DNA from: a virus
Lineage: Duplodnaviria; Caudoviricetes
DNA: 63,301 nt
Reading direction: 5' to 3' (one strand)
IMG/VR virus record: IMGVR_UViG_3300030372_003811
Location: 1 to 63,301 of that record
Part shown: positions 9,428 through 20,358 of the stretch, in pieces
Position numbering within the stretch: the first letter of the stretch is position 1
Layout: every line of letters starts with the position of its first letter
Translations under genes and position numbers: made by a program
Notes under the pieces: model-generated
What the model was told of the DNA's origin: nothing
The model's database searches: none
Seen by the model: the letters and a program-made list of their open reading frames with translations, nothing else

Positions 9428-10287
9428 TGGCATCAGTAACAGAAACAAGGCAACTTTATGATCCGCAGTTAGAAGGATCGCGAACAGCTTATCTTAAAAG
9501 TTTAGATACCTTGGGAGCTGGTTTAGCTTCTCAACTAACTGGATATAAAGGTTTAGATACATCTAAATTTGCACCACAAATTGCAGCACAAGATATTTTA
9601 CAAACTCAAGCAGTTGATACAGCTGCTGGCTTAGGGGCTTTACGTCCTCAAGGCGCTCAAGAAAGTGCAGCAGATTTTGCAGCTAGACAAGCTACATATG
9701 ATGCCCAAGTTGATAGAGGTTTAGCAGGATTAGTTGGAGCTGATGCATACAAAGCATTTATGTCTCCGTATCAACAAGAAGTTATTGATACAACATTACA
9801 AGAATTTGATAGACAAGAAGCCATTAAAGCTCAAGGTTTAAGAGATCAAGCTATCTCTAGAGGTGCTTATGGGGGTGGAAGAGAAGGAGTTATGGCAGCT
9901 GAACAAGCTAGAACCGGAGCTTCTAACCGAGCCCAATTACAAGCACAATTATTAGCACAAGGATTTCAACAAGCCCAACAATCAGCAGCAGATCAATTAG
10001 CTGCTCAACAAGGTTTAGGTGCTTATCAACAAGGAATGGGTCAAGCTCAACAAGGATTTGAACAAGCTCAATTAGATGCAGCACAAGTAGCAGCAAGAGA
10101 AGCACAGTATCAACCATGGACTCAAATGGGTCTAATCGGACAAGGACTTGCTCAAATGACTCCAGGCACTATGCCAATTCAAACAGAAACTGTGTCATCA
10201 GCTCCTCAAGCTCCCATTAGTCCATTACAAAGCTTTATTGGTGGAGCAGGAGCCGTTGGTGGAATACTTGGAAAGATATTAGGTTAA
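9427..10287 (+). CDS. Putative ejection/DNA transfer protein
   Basis: Gln/Ala-rich; FMSPYQQEVID and GAYGGGR motifs; hydrophobic Gly-rich C-terminus. Confidence 0.65.
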   Translation: MASVTETRQLYDPQLEGSRTAYLKSLDTLGAGLASQLTGYKGLDTSKFAPQIAAQDILQTQAVDTAAGLGALRPQGAQESAADFAARQATYDAQVDRGLAGLVGADAYKAFMSPYQQEVIDTTLQEFDRQEAIKAQGLRDQAISRGAYGGGREGVMAAEQARTGASNRAQLQAQLLAQGFQQAQQSAADQLAAQQGLGAYQQGMGQAQQGFEQAQLDAAQVAAREAQYQPWTQMGLIGQGLAQMTPGTMPIQTETVSSAPQAPISPLQSFIGGAGAVGGILGKILG

Positions 10288-10290
10288 TCT

Positions 10291-11691
10291 ATGAGCAGAA
10301 TTTTAAGACGTCCAATGTTTAGAGGCGGAGGAAAAATATCTAGTTACAATAAAGGTATTGCTTCGGGCTTAGGATATATGGGCGGAGGACCTATAAGTGG
10401 AGCAAGAGGTGGACAAATTGGTGGTGGTAGAATTGCTGGTTCATATTTTCCTGATGGAAGATATGGATTTGCTAACCCTGCTTTCGTTGATATGGGAGGA
10501 GGATCCAAAGTCCCTACTAAATCCGTAATTAATCAAGGTGGTAATATTCTTAAAAGAAATATAAATAGAATAAAAAATTTAGGAACTGGAAATTTAGAAT
10601 CTAGAATAGGTCAAGGTATTAAAGGTTTGTATAATTTGTTACCAGAAGAAGGATTACTGGCTAAAGGATCTAGATTTGTAACTTCACAACTTCCTAAAAC
10701 AGTTAAAGGCACTGGAATTTTAGCAGCAATAAGTGGTCCAGGAATGATTGCAGAAGCTAACAGACCTAAAACATATGCTGCATTACAATACATGAAAGAC
10801 ATGAATCAAAGTGGTGCGTTTGATGAGACTGCTATGCCAACTATGGATGGAGAATTAGGAGAATACGATCAATTTATGGTAGAGTTTAACAAATTAAATG
10901 ATCCGAGTAAATATTCAGCGATACCAGATGACAGAGGATTCTTTAACAAATACATTAATCCAATGGGTGCGCTTGTAGGAATATCAGGTGATAAAAGTTC
11001 TGCTGAAATTGAAGAGTTAGTAGATAAAGAAATTAAAAAAAATAAAGAACCTACAACAGAAGCAGAAGAAAATCCTGGCAAAGAAATTACTGTAAATACA
11101 GATGGAAGACCTAGTGAAACTGTTCTTTCTAGAAAAGAAAGATTAAAGAAAAAAGCTGATGAGTACCAAGAAATTTTAGGGGAGGGAATTAAAAAAGATT
11201 CTATCTTTGATGCAATGGTTGAAGGTGGTTCCAGATTATTAGAAGGTGAAGGATGGGGAGCAGCCGCAAGAGCCGCTAACAAATCTTTAGATCCAATACA
11301 AAATATTAAAACAGCTTCTAGAAAACTTGCACTAGAAGAAGATATAGCTTTAAAAAAAGCTATAGCCACAGCAGCATCTAAAAATACAGATATTAGTAGA
11401 AAAATTGACGCGATGAAAGCTGGGGGATATTCACCACAACAAATTGCCAATGCAATTGCGGGCATGAAACCAGAAACTTTAGGAGATAAGGTTGCTAAAC
11501 TTGGTAAAGTAGATGGCTATGCTGAATATGTTAAAGAAAATTTTGACATTCAAAGTGTGGTAAATTCTAAAACTGATTTATCAGGCTTACCTGAAGGCAA
11601 ATATTACATCGCAGATAAATTTACTATTGTAGAAATAGATGAGAATGGAAAATTAGTACCAGGAAGTAAACAAGTACTAAAACAATCGTAG
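10291..11691 (+). CDS. Putative internal virion protein
   Basis: MSRILRRPMFRGGG N-terminus; context. Confidence 0.55.
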   Translation: MSRILRRPMFRGGGKISSYNKGIASGLGYMGGGPISGARGGQIGGGRIAGSYFPDGRYGFANPAFVDMGGGSKVPTKSVINQGGNILKRNINRIKNLGTGNLESRIGQGIKGLYNLLPEEGLLAKGSRFVTSQLPKTVKGTGILAAISGPGMIAEANRPKTYAALQYMKDMNQSGAFDETAMPTMDGELGEYDQFMVEFNKLNDPSKYSAIPDDRGFFNKYINPMGALVGISGDKSSAEIEELVDKEIKKNKEPTTEAEENPGKEITVNTDGRPSETVLSRKERLKKKADEYQEILGEGIKKDSIFDAMVEGGSRLLEGEGWGAAARAANKSLDPIQNIKTASRKLALEEDIALKKAIATAASKNTDISRKIDAMKAGGYSPQQIANAIAGMKPETLGDKVAKLGKVDGYAEYVKENFDIQSVVNSKTDLSGLPEGKYYIADKFTIVEIDENGKLVPGSKQVLKQS

Positions 11692-11699
11692 GAGGTTAA

Positions 11700-14600
11700 G
11701 TGGCATCATTTGACGATCTTCTAAAAAATACAGATCAAGATCAGGAAAGCGTTACCTTCGGAGAAATTACTGAAGATAGTCCAAGTGGCATCGGTACGTT
11801 CATGGCGGGTATCGGTTCAGGTTTTTTTAAAATACCTGAAGGTATAGTATCTTTGGGTGCAACATTAATTGATCTTGGAGCGGGGACAGACACAGCGACA
11901 GACGTAGAAGAATTTTTTGCAACTATCAATCCCTTTGATGAATATGCACAGCAAACAACAGCCGGAAGAATTTCAGAATTATTAGTTAACCTTGCAGTAC
12001 CTGCAGGGTTTGCAGCTAAAGCAGCCGGTAAAATGGCAGATGCAGCTTTAGCGGCCAAGAAAGGTGGAAAGTATTTAAAATTTGGCGCACAAGCTGGAGC
12101 AGCAGGTGCAGCGGAAGCAGCTTTTATAGCTGATGTAGATGAAGCTGGAACTATTGGAGATTTAGTAGGTGGCTTTACAAAAATAGATAGAGAATCAGAC
12201 AATCCTCAAACAGAATTATTAAACAGATTAAAGTTTGGAGCTGAAGGAGCTTTAATAACTGGAGGTCTTAGTGGTTTATTTAGTGCTGGAAAAAAATTAG
12301 CAACCGAAGGAAACAAACTAAGATTTAGTAATAATAAATTTAATAGAGCTTTAGATAAATTTGGTTCTAAATTTAGAGCACGATCAGGTAAGACTCAAGA
12401 ATTTTTTGACATAGAAACAGGAGCCTTAGGTGAAAGAGCTGCTGATGTAAACATTGCCGAGAACGTCGGGTTTACTATTCAAAAACAAATGGATAATATT
12501 TTTCCAAAAATTAAAAGAGCAGGTGATAAAATGCCTGAACTTACCAGAGAGAAATTAACTGAAGAAATGGGAGACGCTTTATTATCTGGTAAGCCTATTG
12601 TTAATGATGCCGGTCAAGTTATTTTTGGAAAGATGGATGATGCCGCATGGCTTCCAGTTAAAAATAAACTTCTCGCTAAAGGAATGACAGAAGAAGGAGC
12701 TCAAGAAATTTTTGATGAGCTTACACGAATGAGAGCTACCTGGGGGACATTATTTTCAGGACTGGGAGAAAGATTAACTCCAACTGATTTAGCAAAATTT
12801 AAAAATGTAATGGGAGATAAGTGGAAAACTTATTTAGGTGCTAATTATAGAATATTTAAAAATGATTCTTTAATTCCGGCTTTAAATTATAAACCAGCTA
12901 CCGAAGCAGTAGATAAATTAAAAAATTTATTTATTAAAACAGCGGCGGATGAAGGAAAAGTAATTGGTCCGGTTGAAGCAGAAAATTTAGTAGCAGATAT
13001 TTATAAAAATGCAAAACTTCCAGCAGGATTTAATTTAGATAAATCTTCAGACGTTATTTTTAAACTACCGAGCTGGGTAGCTAGAACTGCGTTAGATGAC
13101 GCCGCTGACTTTAAAGGTATTGCAAACATGTCTGAATTAAAACCAGAGTTCAAACCTTTGTTTGAAGAATTATTTGGTAAAGATAAAAGCGCTTTGCAAG
13201 CTATTTTAAATGGTACTAATAAACTTTCTTTAATAACAAGACGTAATCAAATGATGGATAACATTGTTAAAACATCAGCTGAACAAGCTAAAGCTATCAG
13301 AGAAAATCCAAGTCTACTTGAAACAGGTCTTAGACCTATGCTCGCTGAGACTAATGAAGATGCTGTTAAATTTTTTGGTGATGAATTTAGAAGAATTAAT
13401 ATGGACCCAGCGCAAAAGTTAGCCGCAGGTAGTGTTGATATGTCTAAACTTACGGGAGAAACATTAACCGAAGCAACAGGAGCTATCGCCCAAGGAATTA
13501 CTAATCCTTTAAATGGTAAGTTTGCCATCAATGGAATAGCAGATGCATTAGAAACTACAAATAAACTTATGAATTCAAAATCTATGGTAGGAAAAATGTA
13601 TGAGAATTTTATTCTTTATCCTAAAGCTACATCACAAATAGCTAAAACAATTTTATCACCTATCACTCACGTTAGAAACTTTTTATCTGCTAGTGCTTTT
13701 GCAACAGCAAATGGAATTATACCTAACCCTCAAGCTATCAAAGACGCTTATGGAGCATTACAAACAGGACTTAAAGGAACAAGACAACAAAATGAATTAT
13801 ACCAAAAGCTTTTAAGACTAGGAGTTGTAAACTCTCAAGTTCAAGTAGGAGATTTAGTTAAACTTTTAGAAGATGTTAAGTTTGGAGAAACTTTAAATTC
13901 TTATAATGGTTTACAAAGATTACTAAAACCATTTAGAAAGTTTGGAAAAGGTGCACAAGATTTATATACAGCTGAGGATGACTTCTGGAAAATTGCATCT
14001 TGGGCTATGGAAAAATCAAGAATGGAAAAAGCTTTTGCTAGAAATGGTTTAGTTAAAGGTCAATGGTTTACTGATGCAGCTGGTAAATCTATTAGATTAA
14101 CTGATGATTATTTTGAAAGACAAGCAGCTAACATTGTTAAAAATAATATACCTAACTACTCTTATGTTTCAGATTTTGTTAAAGGATTAAGAAAATTACC
14201 TGTTGGTAATTTCGTTTCGTTCCCTGCAGAAATTATGAGAACAAGTACTAACATAGTTAAAAAAGGTTTAGATGAAATTGCATTTACAGCAAAGCTAGCT
14301 GATGGAACTGTAGTTAAACCGTTAGAGAATATTGGTTACACTAGACTAGCTGGAATGGCGGCAACAACTTTAGCTGTTCCTTACGCAGCAGTAGAAGGAG
14401 CTAAAGCTTTATATAATGTAACTGAAGATGAGATGGATGCAATGAGAAGATACGTTGCCGACTGGTCTAAAAATTCTACATTAATTCCTTTAAGAGATAA
14501 AGAAACAGGCAAATTAAAATACATAGATTTTTCTCACATGAATGCTTACGATACTATTACAAGACCTATTCAAACTGTTTTAAATAAAGTAGGTCAGGGA

Positions 14601-15707
14601 GAAACTGACAACGATGGTATGATGGATGACTTTATGAGGGGTATGATTGAGTCAACAAAAGAATTAGGAATGCCATTTATTTCTGAATCTATTTGGACAG
14701 AAGCGTTGACAGATATTGTTGCAAGAAGAGGAAGAACTCCTGAAGGGTATCAAGTTTGGAACCCTGAAGACACACCAGGCGCAAAAGTGTCGAAGATGGT
14801 TGGACATTTAGTAGAAGCTCAAGCTCCTTTCAATTGGAAACAATTAAATAGAATGAAACTATCTTTATATCCTGCAGATTCAGAAGGAAGATTTGATGAA
14901 AGAGGAAATGAATATCAATTTGGAAATGAATTATCAGGTATTGCAGGCCTAAGAGCTGTTGAAATAGATCCGGCTAAAGGATTAACATATAAAATTTCAG
15001 AGTTACAAAAAAGAGAAAGACTTGCAAAAGATTTATTTAAAAGACCGTCTTTAAAAGGTGGAGTTGTAACTCCTAAAGAAATTGTAGATGCATATATTAA
15101 TGCTAATAGAGCATTGTTTAATGCAAGAAGTAACTTTATGAAAGATTATGATGCAGCAGAAATTTTAGGTATTAGTTCGGATGCACTGGATGAAAACATG
15201 AAACGTATTTCTAAACGAGATAGATTTGCTATTGAAGATGGAGAATTTAAACCTTATCAACCCTCAAGAGATATCATTGATAAGTTTGAAGAAAATGCAT
15301 TAAGATTAGGAGTATCTAATCCTTGGATACAGGCCGAACCAGTTATTGATGCTATTAAATCTTTAATAGAAGTTGCACCTTTATCACTAGAAAATTTACC
15401 TGACATTGAAAATCCTTTTGATGTTCCAGAAACTGAAGTAAGTGGAGATGCCATAGCTGCATTAAATACTATGGGAGCACAAGTAACAGGTGGAGATATT
15501 GTTGCTAACTTAAATCAAAACTATGTTGGTGGTGGAGGTGGAGGTGGAGGTGCTGGACCTGTAGTTAATCAATTAAATACTGGCTATGGAAATATAGATC
15601 CAGTTACTAGACTAACGGCCGCGGAGAGTATATACTTGGATCCTATGGAACAACTATATACAAAAAATAAAAGAAAACCAACTAACCAACAAACAAAATT
15701 AGGGTAA
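11700..15707 (+). CDS. Large internal virion (ejection) protein
   Basis: 1335 aa, helical; last of the core cluster, in a position analogous to T7 gp16. Confidence 0.65.
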   Translation: MASFDDLLKNTDQDQESVTFGEITEDSPSGIGTFMAGIGSGFFKIPEGIVSLGATLIDLGAGTDTATDVEEFFATINPFDEYAQQTTAGRISELLVNLAVPAGFAAKAAGKMADAALAAKKGGKYLKFGAQAGAAGAAEAAFIADVDEAGTIGDLVGGFTKIDRESDNPQTELLNRLKFGAEGALITGGLSGLFSAGKKLATEGNKLRFSNNKFNRALDKFGSKFRARSGKTQEFFDIETGALGERAADVNIAENVGFTIQKQMDNIFPKIKRAGDKMPELTREKLTEEMGDALLSGKPIVNDAGQVIFGKMDDAAWLPVKNKLLAKGMTEEGAQEIFDELTRMRATWGTLFSGLGERLTPTDLAKFKNVMGDKWKTYLGANYRIFKNDSLIPALNYKPATEAVDKLKNLFIKTAADEGKVIGPVEAENLVADIYKNAKLPAGFNLDKSSDVIFKLPSWVARTALDDAADFKGIANMSELKPEFKPLFEELFGKDKSALQAILNGTNKLSLITRRNQMMDNIVKTSAEQAKAIRENPSLLETGLRPMLAETNEDAVKFFGDEFRRINMDPAQKLAAGSVDMSKLTGETLTEATGAIAQGITNPLNGKFAINGIADALETTNKLMNSKSMVGKMYENFILYPKATSQIAKTILSPITHVRNFLSASAFATANGIIPNPQAIKDAYGALQTGLKGTRQQNELYQKLLRLGVVNSQVQVGDLVKLLEDVKFGETLNSYNGLQRLLKPFRKFGKGAQDLYTAEDDFWKIASWAMEKSRMEKAFARNGLVKGQWFTDAAGKSIRLTDDYFERQAANIVKNNIPNYSYVSDFVKGLRKLPVGNFVSFPAEIMRTSTNIVKKGLDEIAFTAKLADGTVVKPLENIGYTRLAGMAATTLAVPYAAVEGAKALYNVTEDEMDAMRRYVADWSKNSTLIPLRDKETGKLKYIDFSHMNAYDTITRPIQTVLNKVGQGETDNDGMMDDFMRGMIESTKELGMPFISESIWTEALTDIVARRGRTPEGYQVWNPEDTPGAKVSKMVGHLVEAQAPFNWKQLNRMKLSLYPADSEGRFDERGNEYQFGNELSGIAGLRAVEIDPAKGLTYKISELQKRERLAKDLFKRPSLKGGVVTPKEIVDAYINANRALFNARSNFMKDYDAAEILGISSDALDENMKRISKRDRFAIEDGEFKPYQPSRDIIDKFEENALRLGVSNPWIQAEPVIDAIKSLIEVAPLSLENLPDIENPFDVPETEVSGDAIAALNTMGAQVTGGDIVANLNQNYVGGGGGGGGAGPVVNQLNTGYGNIDPVTRLTAAESIYLDPMEQLYTKNKRKPTNQQTKLG

Positions 15708-15919
15708 TGGAAATCAAACCTAAAAGTACTAGAGAACATCTTATATCCTTGTATGGACATATTACAGGGCTAAAACGATCACAATATCATATGCACAAAG
15801 GCATTCACGAATTGGGCGGCAAGATAGATAAAATCTATTGGGTATTATTGGGCACGGTGGGGGCTGTGTCACTAGTTCTTTTAGAAAGAATACTAGACAT
15901 AAAAGGATTTATATTTTAA
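15707..15919 (+). CDS. Small membrane protein (holin/hemolysin-like candidate)
   Basis: Coiled segment plus one TM helix directly upstream of the endolysin. Confidence 0.5.
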   Translation: MEIKPKSTREHLISLYGHITGLKRSQYHMHKGIHELGGKIDKIYWVLLGTVGAVSLVLLERILDIKGFIF

Positions 15920-15928
15920 GGAGGGACT

Positions 15929-16414
15929 ATGCAATTAAGTAAACATTTTAGTTTAAAAGAAATGACCAAGTCGATGACTGCTCAACGGAAAGGTATTGAT
16001 AATACCCCAGGATCAGGTGAGATTAAAGCTTTAGGGGATTTATGTTATAAAGTTCTTGAACCCCTACGGGCACATTTTGACAAGCCCGTTACGATTACCT
16101 CGGGCTACAGATCAGAAGCGCTGTGTGAAGCGATCGGCAGCAAAAAAACTTCGCAGCACGCGCTGGGCCAAGCCGTTGACCTAGAAATTTTTGGGGTGCC
16201 AAATATTAAGACGGCTTACTGGCTACAAAACAACGTAGATTTTGATCAATTGATCATGGAGTACTATGATCCGGATGATCCAACAGGTGGGTGGGTTCAT
16301 GTAAGCTATCATGAATCAGACTCAAACAGAAAACAAGTTTTAACTTACGATGGTAAAAGATACACCGAAGGCTTACCAGATATGGAATGGAAAGACGGCA
16401 AAGTCGTAGGATAG
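15929..16414 (+). CDS. Endolysin, peptidase M15 family
   Basis: ITSGYRS, SQHALGQAVD, WVHVSY zinc motifs. Confidence 0.9.
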   Translation: MQLSKHFSLKEMTKSMTAQRKGIDNTPGSGEIKALGDLCYKVLEPLRAHFDKPVTITSGYRSEALCEAIGSKKTSQHALGQAVDLEIFGVPNIKTAYWLQNNVDFDQLIMEYYDPDDPTGGWVHVSYHESDSNRKQVLTYDGKRYTEGLPDMEWKDGKVVG

Positions 16415-16418
16415 TTTT

Positions 16419-16796
16419 ATGCAAAACAGTTTGTTGGTGCATAAGCATCTTATTATCCGTGCCGAAGCTGTAAGACCTCCAACAGACGAAGAACAATTAA
16501 CCGAATGGATGAAAGAGTTTATTGACTCTATCAATATGAAAGTAATGATGGGTCCTTACGTTAAGTATTGCTCAATGGAAGGTAACCGAGGCATTACTGG
16601 TATTGCTGTTATAGAAACTTCTCACTTAGTAATGCACGTTTGGGATGAACCTCATCCAGCCCTAATGCAGTTTGATATTTATTCTTGTGGAGAATTTAAA
16701 CATACAGAGATCTGTAAAAAAATTATGGATGATTTTGATATTCACAAAATTGAATATAAATATTTAAACCGAGAAACTGGTTTACAAGATATATAA
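16419..16796 (+). CDS. speD: Pyruvoyl-dependent S-adenosylmethionine decarboxylase-family proenzyme
   Basis: HLII, GITGIAVIETSHLVMHVW, FDIYSCG. Confidence 0.85.
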   Translation: MQNSLLVHKHLIIRAEAVRPPTDEEQLTEWMKEFIDSINMKVMMGPYVKYCSMEGNRGITGIAVIETSHLVMHVWDEPHPALMQFDIYSCGEFKHTEICKKIMDDFDIHKIEYKYLNRETGLQDI

Positions 16797-16845
16797 AGTC
16801 ATTCTAAATTTTCGACAAAAATACTTTCATCTTAGAAAATCCCAC

Positions 16846-17052
16846 CTATCTACACATACAACCAATAAAATTACCACTACCATCATTCATTATATGTAAA
16901 TTTAAAGTATCTACATAGCCTGTTAATTTTAATCGAAGAATATCACACAAATCAAAACAATTTATTTCGGCAGTTATAACTATACCTTCCATTATTTCTT
17001 TAGTAACTGGTATTAGTTGATAAAGGCCATCATTTAAAATTATTAAATCCAT
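16846..17052 (-). CDS. Hypothetical protein
   Basis: Overlaps the helicase stop in the same direction. Confidence 0.6.
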   Translation of the reverse strand: MDLIILNDGLYQLIPVTKEIMEGIVITAEINCFDLCDILRLKLTGYVDTLNLHIMNDGSGNFIGCMCR

Positions 17053-18476
17053 TCTCTAAAATCCTCATCCATTATTTCATTCGCAATATTCATCTTCTTA
17101 CGTAAAGCTTTTACAATCTTTTCATCTACCGTTTTTGGTGCTATAAGATCTATATATGTTACCGAATTCTTTTGTCCTATTCTGTGTGCTCTGTCTTCTG
17201 ACTGTAGCCTTTTTTCTAAATCATATCCATTAGAATAATAAATTACTGTATTGGCAGCAGTTAAAGTAATTCCATAACCACCGGTTTGTGGATTTCCAAT
17301 AAAAAATCTAGCATTAGAGTTAGGATCTTGAAATTTTTCTATATTTTTTTGTCTTTGTTCGGCTGAGATATTACCATAATATTCCACAATAGAGTCAGCT
17401 CCATATTCTTCACTAATAGCTTTAACAATATTTTTAATATCATAAATATAATTAGCCCAAATAATAACTTTACCTTCCACCTCTTCTAACAAATACAATA
17501 ATTCTTTAAGTCTATTATTCTTAATTTCTGTAATAGTTTCATCATCATTTTTTAAATGACCACAAGTTATTTGGTGAAGACGCATCAATTGAGTTAAAAC
17601 GTGAGGCGCGGTAGCCATCTTACCTTTTAATAGAGCGAGGGCAGCGGATTTCATAGTAGAATAAGCTTGTTCTTGTTCATCAGTTAATTCTACCTCTCTC
17701 CTTGTATATACTTTTTCTGGTAAATCTAAGCATTCATCTTTTAATACTCTATAGGAAAAAGCTTTAATAGAATTAGCTAATTCATCTAAATTTTTATAAC
17801 TTCCAATTAATTGTACTCTTCTTCCTCCAAAATTTTTATCAATCATATTGGCATATCTATTTCTAAATGCGTAATAAGAACTAAAACCTAATAAAAATTC
17901 ATTTAAAAAATTACATTGCGTATATAAATCTAAAGGGGATTTAGTCACCGGAGAACCTGTTAAAATTCTTCTATATTTAGCACGCTTACTTAAAAGTAAA
18001 ATGGATTTAGTTCTTTTAGCTTTAGGATTTTTAATAGTTGTAGATTCATCAATAGCAAGTAAAGTTTCATGACAATTTAAAAACTTTGCAACAAATTCTA
18101 AACCTCTTTTAGTACTTAACGCTTCAACATTTACAATAAGGATGTGAAGGTCATCATCAGTTTCAAATAATTGTCGGTACTCTTTATCCTTTGCTTTGGA
18201 TGTCGAAGCAGTCCATAGTACCGTTTTATGTTGAACATGACTAGGTAAATGATTAGGTATTTCTTGAGATAACCAGTTTCTATATACACCTTTTGGTGCT
18301 ATAATAACGGCCCCATTTATTCTACCTTTGTCATAAAGCATAGCCATATTATCAACTAATACTTTTGATTTACCTGTTCCCATTTCCATAAAATAGCCAT
18401 ATTCATTTTTATCCCACGACTTTTCTAATGCAGTCATTTGATGCGCGTACGGCTTGGTCTTAAAATTATATATCAT
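17043..18476 (-). CDS. SNF2-family (SF2) helicase
   Basis: MEMGTGKS, IDES, LTGSP, GGYGITLT, QSEDRAHRIGQ. Confidence 0.95.
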   Translation of the reverse strand: MIYNFKTKPYAHQMTALEKSWDKNEYGYFMEMGTGKSKVLVDNMAMLYDKGRINGAVIIAPKGVYRNWLSQEIPNHLPSHVQHKTVLWTASTSKAKDKEYRQLFETDDDLHILIVNVEALSTKRGLEFVAKFLNCHETLLAIDESTTIKNPKAKRTKSILLLSKRAKYRRILTGSPVTKSPLDLYTQCNFLNEFLLGFSSYYAFRNRYANMIDKNFGGRRVQLIGSYKNLDELANSIKAFSYRVLKDECLDLPEKVYTRREVELTDEQEQAYSTMKSAALALLKGKMATAPHVLTQLMRLHQITCGHLKNDDETITEIKNNRLKELLYLLEEVEGKVIIWANYIYDIKNIVKAISEEYGADSIVEYYGNISAEQRQKNIEKFQDPNSNARFFIGNPQTGGYGITLTAANTVIYYSNGYDLEKRLQSEDRAHRIGQKNSVTYIDLIAPKTVDEKIVKALRKKMNIANEIMDEDFREWI

Positions 18477-18496
18477 AAAATTATTCTAAATTCTTA

Positions 18497-18534
18497 TTGA
18501 CATTATATATAATAGGGAATATATAAGATGTCAA
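18497..18534. promoter_or_regulatory. Overlapping divergent sigma70 promoters
   Basis: TTGACA-17-TATATA on both strands (-35 boxes at 18497 + and 18534 -). Confidence 0.7.
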
Positions 18535-18551
18535 GAATAAAGAATTAAGAA

Positions 18552-18974
18552 ATGAAAAATAAAATATTTGAATTATATAAACCTGAATCTTTAAGAGAGT
18601 TTTTAGACTTTTATAAAAACAATCCTGAAGAAAAATTTGTGTATGTAGCACAACAACCACCAGCGCACATTAATATATTAAGTGCATCTGATTTTGGTTA
18701 TTTAGTTTTATGCTTGCCTAACTATGGACCAGATTCACAGGTAATATATTCTATGGCTCCTTTCAACCGCAAGATGAAAAAGAATTTACAAAATTTTAGA
18801 GAACAAGATTATATATTGGCTATTGGTGATCCTATTATGATTGGGATTTCCTTTGAGGCAATACATGATGTAACCAACGGAAAGTTCAACGTCTTAAAAT
18901 GGAATAATAAAGAAAAAAGATATTTTCCTTTAGACCAGAACTTCTACAATAAAGGAGAAAACAATGGTGGATAA
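18552..18974 (+). CDS. Hypothetical protein
   Basis: First ORF of the replication operon. Confidence 0.75.
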   Translation: MKNKIFELYKPESLREFLDFYKNNPEEKFVYVAQQPPAHINILSASDFGYLVLCLPNYGPDSQVIYSMAPFNRKMKKNLQNFREQDYILAIGDPIMIGISFEAIHDVTNGKFNVLKWNNKEKRYFPLDQNFYNKGENNGG

Positions 18975-19560
18975 AGTAAAAGTTTTTACAGGTAGTGGTT
19001 CCTTTAATATTCAAGATGAAATGTTAAAAGACTCAACAGATCTTTTAGATAATGTTGAAATTACTACAATTGCTGCAGAATGTGTAAAACTTAAACAAAA
19101 AGAAGATGAGATTGCAGCATTAGAAGACCAATTAAAAAGTAAAAAAGCAGAAGCAGACGATATTGGTTCAAGAGTTATTCCTGAACTATTGGCTGAACAA
19201 GGTTTAACTGAAATTAAACTAGCAGATGGGTCTAAAGTTTCTGTGAAAAAAGAATTTAGGGCTACTCTTCCTAAAGATGACATAAGAAGAGAAGCTGCCT
19301 ATAAATGGCTTCGTGACCAAGGGTTAGGAGATATTATTAAAAACAATGTCTTTGTAACATTTGGAAAGGGAGAAGATGACAAGGCGAAGCAATTGCTGGA
19401 CCTTGCGGCTGAGAATGGGTTTGAGCCACAACAGAAATCTGATGTAGCTTGGAACACTTTAACAGCCCTTTATCAGGAGCGTATCCAGGCCGGTCTGGAT
19501 ATGCCTTCTGATTGCTTTAGTCTTTGGATTAAAGATAAAACTAAAATAAACCGGAAATAA
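18964..19560 (+). CDS. Conserved replication-module protein
   Basis: Coiled coil, IPELL, AYKWLRDQGLGDIIKN. Confidence 0.7.
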   Translation: MVDKVKVFTGSGSFNIQDEMLKDSTDLLDNVEITTIAAECVKLKQKEDEIAALEDQLKSKKAEADDIGSRVIPELLAEQGLTEIKLADGSKVSVKKEFRATLPKDDIRREAAYKWLRDQGLGDIIKNNVFVTFGKGEDDKAKQLLDLAAENGFEPQQKSDVAWNTLTALYQERIQAGLDMPSDCFSLWIKDKTKINRK

Positions 19561-19577
19561 CTAATGGAGAATGTGTA

Positions 19578-20348
19578 ATGGCTAATGAAATAAAAGCTAA
19601 ACAAACAGGATCAGTTGCCTTATTTGGTGATGATCTTTCCAAAGGTTTTGAAAACATGACGCAAGAAGATATGGCGTTACCGTTTGTCAGAATCTTAGGA
19701 CAACTATCGCCGCAGGTAACTGATGGCGATGCAAAGTATGTAGAAGGTGCTAAACCAGGCATGATCTATAATACTGTTACCAGCGAATGTTTCGATGGTA
19801 AAAAAGGTATCAAGGTTATTCCTTGTTACTACAAAAAGGATTATCCGGAATGGTCGGATAGAGGGGACGGACCAGGTGCTCCAGTCGCAGTTCACTTACC
19901 GAACAGCCCAATAATCCAAACTGGTAAGAGAGATGGATCTAAAATAAGATTACCTAATGGTAATTATTTAGAAGAAACAGCCTCTTATTATGTTATGGTT
20001 GAAACAAAAGCAGGTGGAATGACACCAGCGTTGATTACTATGAAATCTACGCAACTTAATGTCAGTAAAAAATGGAATTCTATGATGAAAACCATACAAA
20101 TAGCTGATGGAAAGGGTGGTTTTGCAATTCCTCCAATGCATGGGGTGGTTTATACACTATCTTCAACACTACAGAAGAACGACAAAGGTTCTTGGTATGG
20201 TTGGGTTGTGGCTATGGATCGAATATTAGGACAGGAAGATAAGTCTTTATACCTAACGGCTAAAGATTTTAGAGGGAATGTCTCGAATGGAAGCGTGCAA
20301 ACAAAAGCTGATGTTGAAGAGAAAAGTAAAGATAGTACACCGTACTAA
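19578..20348 (+). CDS. Putative ssDNA-binding/annealing protein
   Basis: Between replication genes; KNDKGSWY; short acidic-aromatic tail (DSTPY). Confidence 0.55.
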   Translation: MANEIKAKQTGSVALFGDDLSKGFENMTQEDMALPFVRILGQLSPQVTDGDAKYVEGAKPGMIYNTVTSECFDGKKGIKVIPCYYKKDYPEWSDRGDGPGAPVAVHLPNSPIIQTGKRDGSKIRLPNGNYLEETASYYVMVETKAGGMTPALITMKSTQLNVSKKWNSMMKTIQIADGKGGFAIPPMHGVVYTLSSTLQKNDKGSWYGWVVAMDRILGQEDKSLYLTAKDFRGNVSNGSVQTKADVEEKSKDSTPY

Positions 20349-20358
20349 ATTTATTTTG

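Noticed and set aside
8536-15454. Minus-strand ORFs within the internal protein genes
   Set aside because: Shadow frames of long plus-strand genes caused by codon bias.
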